Origin: Obrimoposthia wandeli
Taxonomy: Eukaryota
Reading direction: 5' to 3'
DNA length: 64,000 bases
NCBI GenBank assembly: GCA_977020255.1
Contig: CDROCS010000973.1
Location: 124,001-188,000, forward strand
Part shown: positions 28,250 through 37,283 of the stretch, piece by piece
Numbering within the stretch: the stretch's first letter is position 1
Layout of the letters: every line of letters begins with the position of its first letter
Notes under the pieces: generated by a model
The model's input: only the letters and a program-made list of their open reading frames with translations
Database searches by the model: none
Told to the model about the DNA's origin: nothing
Program-made: the position numbers and the translations under genes

Positions 28250-29265
28250 AATTATGCCACATTCGGTTCGGTACATTAAGCTCTTGGGAAATTTCTTGTA
28301 TACCTCAAGCTTCAAAGAAATATTTATCTTTAACTGTATATACTGAATTATGTAGTTTAAGATTTATATATTAACTGCAGTTTTTGAGAGGGTCTTTAAA
28401 AAATTTAACGTAATCTTTAAATGCATGGTCAATTACACAGTCAGTGTTCCCAGCTTCGGTTAATCATAAGAATTGTTCCGTATAAATTTGCGAAAACCTT
28501 CTCAGATTTACAAAATACTACAAAAATCGCACCTATAACTGAATTTGAGAGTGTAAGTCTTCAAGACAATAATGAGACCCGTACATTTTGGGAGAATAAT
28601 TGTCGAAATCTTCTAGATTATATGCTTTATTATTTGAAGTTAGATATTTATTTTTTAGCTGATGTGTTTGAGTCTTTTTATGTAAAATCTTTAGCAGAAG
28701 ATGGGCTAGATCCCATACATTTCTTTAGTTTGACTGGTATTTCATGGGCAACGGCAATAAAAATATTTATATTAATATCGAGTTACTGCAAGATCCTGCG
28801 ATGTATCAAATTTATGATTATGGTATACGCGGTGGAATGACTTTTGTCAACAAACATCATGTTGTCAAAAATCAATCCACGGAGATTCTACATCGACATT
28901 AATAATTTGTATGGGTGGGCGCTTACTCAACCTCTACCTCATGCCAACTTTAAGTGGGTTTATGATGAGGAAGAGTTGAATAAGTTGATGACATATTTGG
29001 CTACTGTTGATACAGTTTCATCAGACATCGGCTATTTGGTTAAGGTTGACTTAACAATCCCTTCCAATGTGCATGATAAATTAGATGATCTTCCAGTAGC
29101 ACCTGTTCATCAATGTCCACCTAATTCAAAGGTTAAGAAATTATTCTCAACATATGGAGACAAGTTGAATTACGTGGTGCATTAGTGGTTCCTTAAATTT
29201 TACTTAAAGTTGGGAGCGAAATTCATTCAAATTTATTGTGCTTTAAGCATTAGTCAAAACTTAAA
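28250..29265 (+). pseudogene. Protein-primed DNA polymerase B fragment
   Basis: RFIDSLQF-region homolog, GIFPY-region, KLDIYFLADVFESF, GGMTFV and motif A YIDINNLYG; frameshifts and stops; closely matches 46780-47318 and 63560-64000. Confidence 0.92.
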
Positions 29266-29357
29266 ATAAATAAAAAATAAAAAATACATAATAAAAATAA
29301 AAAATATATAATAAAAAATAAAATATATAATTACAATTTACAAAAATAAAAAAATAC

Positions 29358-29939
29358 CTAATGAAGGCAATCCAAGTTGAGCTGGAATGAAGTCCTCTTC
29401 ATTGACGAAATCCATCCAGCTGTCGTCCGTTGACTCGACGAAATCGGATTCCTCGATGGTCTCCAACCATGAGTTATCGCTCCACTGCTCTATCTCGAAA
29501 TCTGACTGGGATATGTCATTCATCCACTCATTGTTAGACATTTGAATGGATGGGTCAGAATCAGGAGCCGGGAGACCAATCGCAGGACCGTAAAAGGGTT
29601 GATCGACTGCAACTAGAATTGGAGCTGGAGCGACCTGCGAATCGCGCTTCAATTGGACGATATCCCTCTTCTTGTTGTTGGCCGTGAAACACGATAGATG
29701 AGCTCGATGTTCACTGAAGAAGTCTCGAAAATCCTTCTCCTCCATTGTTCTGCAGAATGGGCAGACGAAGAAGTGAACACCTTGAGACTTTGTCCGGTGG
29801 CATGCAGACATTGTCTCCATGCAGGTCTCTCCTCCATGCGGAGCCGAAGCACCACAATATGCAGGGAATAGGTTACAAGTAATCTGAAATAATAAATATT
29901 AATAAGGAAATAATAAATATAGATTCTTACCATAGGCAT
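29358..29939 (-). CDS. Spliced Cys/His-rich (putative Zn-finger) accessory gene B, 3'-truncated
   Basis: Exon 1 29939-29931 (MPM)|gtaaga, 47-nt intron ending tatttcag|, exon 2 29883-29358 in frame (ITCNLFPAYC..C..CH..CPFC..H..H..C, acidic W-rich tail), donor |gtattt conserved at 44809. Confidence 0.72.
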
Positions 29940-30155
29940 TATTTCAAATTGTCGGGGATTTAAATGAAGAAAGTGTTTGCTTATATACTAAAATTTATGC
30001 ACACATGCTCTTTTCCTATTGGATTAAAAAATTGAGAAGGTTTGTTTATCTGTTAAATGGTCGAAAAAAATACTTTTTTATTCCTCCAATCAAATGGCTT
30101 ATTTGTAAATAATTGTAAAATTTTAATAATGAATTTATCCAATTAGAAGAATTGT

Positions 30156-30644
30156 TTATCTACACGTCAAGTAATAATAAGAAAGACTTAAACATTTTTT
30201 ATATGCGCAATGGTCACCATGATTACGATATGGACAGCAAATATTTCGTGGAATTTTTAATAGATGATCACGTGAAATATTTAAAGTTTTCAGCCTCAAT
30301 TTGGAAAAATTTTTTTTTAAAGTCATATACTTTTTGCCATCCATTTCATCTAAAACATAAAAAATTCCATTTTCAATATCAAAATTAGATTTTATTGTAT
30401 TGAAAATACATATTTCATAAAAAGCCTTATGTCCTTCTTTCCATTTTAATAAATGGAAATATTTAGCTAGATATAAATTAGTAAATTTTTTCTTATAATC
30501 TAAACTTTTAAACGGTGTATATATTTGAAATATGAAATGCAATGGATGAAAAACGTCGCATACATCCATAATACATAATTCTTTTATAATATAATCCCCA
30601 TTTTTGTTAATGAAAGCCTCAAAATCTATGATATATTCCTGCAT
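30156..30644 (-). CDS. DnaQ/DEDD-fold nuclease-like protein with C-terminal Cys/His cluster
   Basis: Intact 162 aa: IIDFEAF...IIKELCI...FHLLKWKEG...CCPYRNHGDHCAYKKC. D-x-E in the first strand; I recall this pattern from arthropod Polinton-associated ORFs. Confidence 0.6.
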   Translation of the reverse strand: MQEYIIDFEAFINKNGDYIIKELCIMDVCDVFHPLHFIFQIYTPFKSLDYKKKFTNLYLAKYFHLLKWKEGHKAFYEICIFNTIKSNFDIENGIFYVLDEMDGKKYMTLKKNFSKLRLKTLNISRDHLLKIPRNICCPYRNHGDHCAYKKCLSLSYYYLTCR

Positions 30645-30723
30645 AATTATCTAAATTGCAGCAAATCCCGTTGTTTATAACGAAGTACTTTCATGTTAAG
30701 ATTGGTATATTTTGTCAATTCTC

Positions 30724-31086
30724 CTATGTAACATAATCAATAAAAACAAAATAATAATCAAAAATTTTATTTTTTGTAGAAGGACCCTCTTCCGGTTTAA
30801 TCTGGAAGATTCTCTTTCTTGCTGCTAACCGAACATCCTCCGTCTCTTCTCTTCTTTTTTCCTCCACCTTCTTTTTTTCCATTTCGATTTTCTTGTTCCA
30901 CTCCACGACCCGACGTCGTTCTGCTAGCCTCCTATCATGTATCTCCACCCGACGATTCCACTCGGTCGCGACAGCAGTATACAAATTCTGGTTGAGGATC
31001 CTCTTTCTTAAGTCCCCTTTCTTCTCATTTATTCTGATGTTTGCTTCAATCTTCGTCACCAGACTCTTCATTTTAATGAATTCCAT
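30724..31086 (-). CDS. Charged coiled-coil protein of unknown function
   Basis: Intact 120-aa ORF with internal EWNRRVE/EWNKKIE repeat, co-oriented with neighbouring element genes. Confidence 0.55.
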   Translation of the reverse strand: MEFIKMKSLVTKIEANIRINEKKGDLRKRILNQNLYTAVATEWNRRVEIHDRRLAERRRVVEWNKKIEMEKKKVEEKRREETEDVRLAARKRIFQIKPEEGPSTKNKIFDYYFVFIDYVT

Positions 31087-31289
31087 TTTTTAATTATGAA
31101 GAGGTTAATAAATTTGAACCTATATATATAAATTTAAGATATTTTTTAATCCAATTAAATGATATTTTTTTATTTATCAAATGAGAGTTTAATAAATCTA
31201 TAACTTATCATTGCAAATAAACTTAAAGATAGTATTTCTAAATTTAAAATTTTTTAAAAAAATAAATATTAAGAAGAAAACATATGAAA

Positions 31290-33104
31290 CTAATGTTTAT
31301 AAATTATATTTTTGAACATTTTTACGAAGTCATCATTGGGATCATCCGGGTCGTAATCCCTCCGACTAAGTATAATTGGAGAAAGCGGTACTGGTTCCTT
31401 CTTTGGCCAACTCGGTTTCTTTTTCGGTTTCACCGGTTGCTTTGTAGCAATTGTCCTTCCCTCGGGTTTTGGTAATAGTTGCCGCAACTTTTTGGGAGGA
31501 GGTGCAGCCGATGTTGATGGCCCTGTCATAGAAGTCCTCTTCCTCTTCCGCGGAGCTTTCTTCTGTTTCTCCTCTTTCTCACGCTGAAGCTGGCGTGAGA
31601 CGGCACCCTGTTGCCCTCGCGAATCTGGAAGCATTGCCGGTGAATCCAGTTCCGCCAGGAATTCGTCCAAACCAGCTTCATCCCAGGCCCTCATTAAGTT
31701 CTGGCTGGTTGTTGGATGAGGAGAAGCAGTCTCCTGCAGGCGTCGTTGACTTGAGGGCGGACTTATCTCGATCGGTGAGACTGGGATCCTCTCGTATAAA
31801 ATTGGCCCGTCGTCCACTGGAGATTGGAGAATTTCCTGCCGTCCAATCACCGCCTCAGAATAATGGCCAATTGAGGTTTTAGATTTTCTTGAGCGCCTCG
31901 TCTTCTTCACCTCTGCCCTCTTCGACCGTTTCCGCGAGAAAGGAGTAATTTCTCCCCAAGTCTCCTCAAATATCTGGACGGGTTCCTACAAAATATTAAT
32001 AAAATTTAAACATATAAATAATTTACCTCAATGATGGGCAGGTTAGCCTGTTTCACCAACTTGGCCTTCTTCCTAGTGAGGGTTTTGACCCGATGGCGTT
32101 GCGGTTTCTTAACGGCCGCTTGCTTCCTATCCAGCGGTTGAATAGGCGTCGCCTCTTCGTGGATGTTCTCCATCTATGTGAATTATTAAATTTAATATCT
32201 AAATAAATTACCTGAAAATTATCTGGAGACGCTAGGTATCGGAGCTGACTCCTTGGCAGCTCCTGGCTGCATTGACTCGCCAAGTACTGCGGTTCAATCA
32301 GCCTCTCCGTCATAGTCACTGACGGTGCCAAATCCAGTTGAAGTTTCTGAAAATGAAATTAAAAAACATTTAAAATAAATGATGTCTAACCTCATTCGTC
32401 GCTTTTATTCTCCTAACAGGAGATTTCGGCCTTTTGAATGGTTCAGGCATTGTATTATCTGCTTTCGGAGTAGCAGAGGGAGTGAGACCATCCCAATCGT
32501 CGGTGAACAGGTGCCACTCGTCCTCGTCCAAGTCTGCTATCATCGATTCGTTGGCTCCTGGGGCTCCGATACTTGGCTGTATCCATTAGTCGATGAATGG
32601 AGTCAAGTCCTCCTCCCCATCCGAAGGTACATCATCGGTGAACAGCTCCTCGTCTGAGTCTGGTGCGAGGACTTTCTCCGGTTGAGACAGCGGGATCAAT
32701 TTCCAGGAGCATTTGATTGCCGCCTCAAAATTGTCGAAGAGATTGGATCTCCCTGCTGCTACTGCTGAAGTTGCCGGACGATTGGGTTTTGTGTTTTGTC
32801 TGGGAGTACAGTCTTCCCAATTCTCTATCGAATCCTGATTAGTCAGATCGATATATTGGGATCTCTGTACCCCACCTCTCACGTCCATTGGTTCTTCTCT
32901 TGGAGTTGAGCTGGCCAATGAGGCTTCTTCTTGTAACAGGTTCGCTCTTGCTGCTGCTTCTCCTTCGCTCACCACCGATGACTCTTGACTATCTAAGTCA
33001 AAGTATTGCGACGGTGGTGGCGTTCGCTGCTGCAATGGAGAGAGATCCCCATAGAGTTGAACCTCCGTCTCTTCGTCTAGGTCAACGTTGTTGTAGAATG
33101 GCAT
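31290..33104 (-). pseudogene. Four-exon accessory gene A (acidic N-terminus, basic/NLS-rich C-terminus), one premature stop
   Basis: Exons 33104-32391, 32346-32212, 32173-32027, 31985-31290; GT-AG introns of 44, 38 and 41 nt, all phase 0; about 563 codons; TAA at 32586-32588 where the paralog has GAA. Confidence 0.85.
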
Positions 33105-33179
33105 TGTTGATTTATGAAAAATAATGAACGGAGGTGTCTTTATATACACAAACATCTTACTAACCCTCTTTTATTGTCC

Positions 33180-34632
33180 AATGAGAGCCTCTTATTCAAA
33201 TAATTTATTTTTTGTAATGTTTTTTCGTGCCTGTAGATCAAGAATGAAGTCCGCCCCTAAGGGGCGGGTGGTGTATGTTAGGGTATGACACGGGTCGTTT
33301 ACATTTGTAGTTGTGAGAGGTAAAGTGATACTGTAGCGCATGTTTTTGTAGTTATTTTCGCGAGAATGGAGCCCGCCCCTTAGGGGCGGGCGTATNNNNN
33401 NNNNNNNNNNNNNNNNNNNNNNNNNNNNNNNNNNNNNNNNNNNNNNNNNNNNNNNNNNNNNNNNNNNNNNNNNNNNNNNNNNNNNNNNNNNNNNNNNNNN
33501 NNNNNNNNNNNNNNNNNNNNNNNNNNNNNNNNNNNNNNNNNNNNNNNNNNNNNNNNNNNNNNNNNNNNNNNNNNNNNNNNNNNNNNNNNNNNNNNNNNNN
33601 NNNNNNNNNNNNNNNNNNNNNNNNNNNNNNNNNNNNNNNNNNNNNNNNNNNNNNNTGGGTGTAGTGTTGGTGGTGAACCACCACCAGCCTAACGCCCACC
33701 GACATTTACCCATCACCCATCGACTTTCACCCAACACTCGTCGACTTTCAGCCAACACCCATCGTTGTTATTTTCGTGAGAATAGAGCCCGCCCCGAAGG
33801 GGTGGGTGGGGGTCGGTTGAGTGTTTCCATCCAACACCCGTCGACTTTCACCCATCACCCGAGGTAGTTAGTGATATACACGAGAGCGAGACATTTGCCC
33901 ATCACCCAAGCTAGTCTGTGACATATATGAGAGCGAGACATCCGCCCATCACCCAAGCTAGTCTGTGACATATACGAGAGCGAGACATTCGTACATCGCC
34001 AAGCTAGTCTGTGACATATACGAGAGCGAGACATTCGTACATCGCCAAGCTAGTCTGTGACATATATGAGAGCGAGACATCCGCCCATCACCCAAGCTAG
34101 TCTGTGACATATACGAGAGCGAGACATTCGTACATCGCCAAGCTAGTCTGTGACATATACGAGAGCGAGACATTCGTACATCGTCAAGCTAGTCTGTGAC
34201 ATATACGAGAGCGAGACATTCGTACATCGCCAAGCTAGTCTGTGACATATATGAGAGCGAGACATTCGTACATCGTCAAGCTAGTCTGTGACATATACGA
34301 GAGCGAGACATTCGTACATCGCCAAGCTAGTCTGTGACATATATGAGAGCGAGACATTCGTACATCGTCAAGCTAGTCTGTGACATATACGAGAGCGAGA
34401 CATTCGTACATCGCCAAGCTAGTCTGTGACCTATATCAGTCTCGAGCCCTTCGCGCCGAAAGGCGCAAAAAATTGTTAGGGGGGACCCCCCCTTTGTTTT
34501 TTAAAACTATGCATGTGTGTGGAATGAAATTTCACTCCACACACCTACACGAAATTTCACTCCACACACATGCACGGTTTTAAAGGACAAGGGGGGAGGG
34601 GGTGTGGATTAGACCGGACACATCCACCTACT
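33180..34632 (-). repeat. Right TIR of element 1 and its inward extension
   Basis: 33656-34632 is the reverse complement of the left TIR; 33180-33395 matches 53285-53500 and 57610-57830. Confidence 0.85.
33880..34430 (-). repeat. 46/47-bp tandem array, 12 copies
   Basis: 12 occurrences of gctagtctgtgac; reverse complement of the left-end unit; some units carry a gcccatcaccc variant. Confidence 0.95.
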
Positions 34633-36242
34633 ATTTAATCCTACGAAATGAAGTGTCCAATCAAATACTCACGACAAACACTTACTACCAGACGGTTGCA
34701 GATAAGGAAAGTACCGTCTGGATCGCCTCCTAGGCAAATGGGTCTGCTTGAGACACTCTAACGGACAGAATCTCCCACCGCCGACTGGCCGCGTGACAGA
34801 GTTGCTGATTGTAATGATGAGGCTCGAGCTGCTCTAATGGATTTTCTGCGTGTGTGTGTGGAGAATCAATTCTGATTCCTATTTACAGCACGTACCTCTA
34901 GACTTGATGCCGGCTGCTTCGGTTCCAGTGGTTAATGGCAAATATCTGGCAGATGGTACGATCTCACGCTTATTATATTTTCACTTTTCTGTCGCTATTT
35001 TTGATTATTATTTCTTCTCTCAGCTATTAATTCCGTTCTGGTCTTCTTCTTTTTTCGATAATGATTTATATGTTTTTTCGCAGATTTTATATTTTTGGGC
35101 TTTTAATTAAAATCATCCCCACATGTAACACTACTCACATGACCTCTTCAATCTGATTTTATTTTAAATTAAAAAAATATTTTTTATTTTATTTAACCTT
35201 GCTTTCAGGGTTCTATTTTTCCTATATATATAATTAATTAATTTTATAAATTCTAATCCTAACAAAAGTATAGTAGAAAACAAGGAGTTTATCTTTAATA
35301 AAATCGTAAATAATATACATGGTGTTTTTTAATTAAATTTTTTTTTTCTTAACATTTTATTGGACAAAATGCAGGTTAAAATTAGGTATTCGAAATAACA
35401 TTAAATAAAGAACGCCAATTTTATTCCATGACTATAAATTAATGAAATTAAAATCTAACAGCTTTTTAAATATTATCTCATTTAGATTATTTTACCTAAC
35501 TATTTAAATCTTTTTCGGCTCTATTTATATAAAAATTATATTTAATCCGGATAAACTGAAACAATTTGACAACTTTGTCTAATATAAATTGACAAATTGT
35601 GAAAATATTAAATATATAAAACACTAAATAAATGCCTATCTGAAGGGATAAACAGAAAACAGTAAAATTACTAAAATTCAGAACATTTTACCTTTAGATA
35701 TATTCTCCAAATATTAGAATTTGAGAAAGAATGCCTGAATATTTTTCAAGAAAGCTTTCAGAATTTTGTAATTGTCTTTTTGAGATAAATTGAGAAAAAG
35801 TAACTTACTCTTTATCGTCAGAAAAATTTTGAACTGTAAATATATTTTTCTGATTACAAAACAAACACAAATACCTGTTAAGTATTTCTGTATCTCACAT
35901 TTAGTATTGAATTTGTTGATTACTCTGTATTTCATAACAATTTTTTATTTTATTTGAAGAGTTGATATTCAATTTGACAAACGTGGAATTGAGATTCATT
36001 CAGGTTAACCACATATTTAAAATAAATCAATCCATTGCAAAATATATATTAGTAATGAGCGAAAGAATCAAGTTAATATTTTTTGAAGAAACCTAATTTT
36101 CATAATATGAAATGTATTTACAATGTAGTGAAAATGAAGATAGAATAAATGACATGAAAATGACTGAACTTAGGAGCGTCTAAATGTGTAAAAAAAATTA
36201 AAAGGCACCCAGTTTCTTGAGGACAAGTGTTACTGAATCAAT

Positions 36243-37283
36243 TTATCTGACACGTGACTTTTTGGGAATTGGAGGAAGGGCTATTTTCTTTGTGGTGTTC
36301 AGATTTCTCTGTGACCGAGGAGCAATAAATCTTCTGAAAGAGTCAACATTTTGCAAGGACCACAAGTTGTAGGCTCTATGGATCACGTCATTCAGATCGA
36401 GATGGCTGATTGGTTCTCGAGAACTCGATATTCGGACAACTGGCGCCAAGGTTGGGTCGTCGTTGACATTTCGATCGGCCTGACCGAGAATCGACCTGTA
36501 AATGTAATGAACGTTGAGGATTAATCACTGCTTAATGGTTATAGAATTCCATGTTATGTTCTACAGCATTCTCAACACCACCATCATCACTGGTACTAAC
36601 TCATTAACATATATGTAACAAGTTAAACAGCACGGACCATTCTCGCGGAGTTCTGTGTGTCACAGAGTCACAGGCCGCGGCTGAAACCACACCTGTCTGC
36701 TCCAGGCAGCGTGATATCTCCCGGCGACCGAGCTTGCGTGACAGAAGGTACGGTGTGAGCCCAAGGTCATTGGTTACGTCGCCGCTGACGCCGCGCGCGT
36801 GCATGTGCTCGCATAGGGACCTGAGCACACATGATCAAGTGGTCATTACACAGTTGCACGGTACCCAGCTGAGATACAAGTGTGTGGCGCACTCACCGAA
36901 CGATGGGTAGCACACCAGTCAGCACAGCAAGGTGCAGGTAACAGTTGCCGTCTTGGTCCGGTCTGTGGAAATCGAGATCCCAGGCCAGAGCGGCTTCTGC
37001 CACAGCCTTGAACTCTGTCCAGAGGCCGCGCGCGCAGCACCAGTGTATGGGATCTCTGGGACCACCTTCGCCACTTCGTCTGTGGCTGCTGTTGTCGGGG
37101 TTGTACTGCCGACGCCAGTAGCTGTGTCTATGCATCTCCGTGCGCAGTCGCTCGCGCCAGCTGAGACATCTACCGCCAACTGGTGCTAGCAGAATGGCCA
37201 ACATCGCACGTCTCTTGGCACCGTCCTCGCAGAGAAGACAGGCACTCACCGCCTCTGCAACTGGGGTCGTCCTGCATCGCCAT
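36243..37283 (-). CDS. Small host ankyrin-repeat protein (about 252 aa, 4 exons)
   Basis: Exons 37283-37250, 37185-36897, 36820-36638, 36495-36243 with GT-AG introns and consistent phases (1,2,2), total 759 nt; ANK motifs DQDGNCYLHLAV and NDLGLTPYLLS; GC-rich like the host PLCL exons. Further 5' exons are possible. Confidence 0.82.

Larger units (their letters stand above)
26130..34632. mobile_element. Non-autonomous Polinton/Maverick (adintovirus-like) element, complete with TSD
   Basis: Left end AGTAGGTGGATGTGTCTGGTCTAATCCACACC; right end is its reverse complement (GGTGTGGATTAGACCGGACACATCCACCTACT); ATTTAA at 26124-26129 and 34633-34638 (6-bp TSD, AG..CT termini typical of Polintons); contains a pPolB fragment. 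Confidence 0.93.

Noticed and set aside
31284-33124. Plus-strand ORFs 31284-31475, 31595-31882, 32379-32657 and 32888-33124
   Set aside because: Antisense shadows of gene A; not needed once the spliced model is built.
33880-34430. CRISPR-like regular repeat array
   Set aside because: Units are head-to-tail with no unique spacers, no cas genes are present, and the context is eukaryotic; it is a tandem array inside a TIR.
33958-34583. Repetitive ORFs (MSRSRICHRLAWRC..., MTYTRARHSY...)
   Set aside because: Translations of the 46-bp array; the period is not a multiple of 3.
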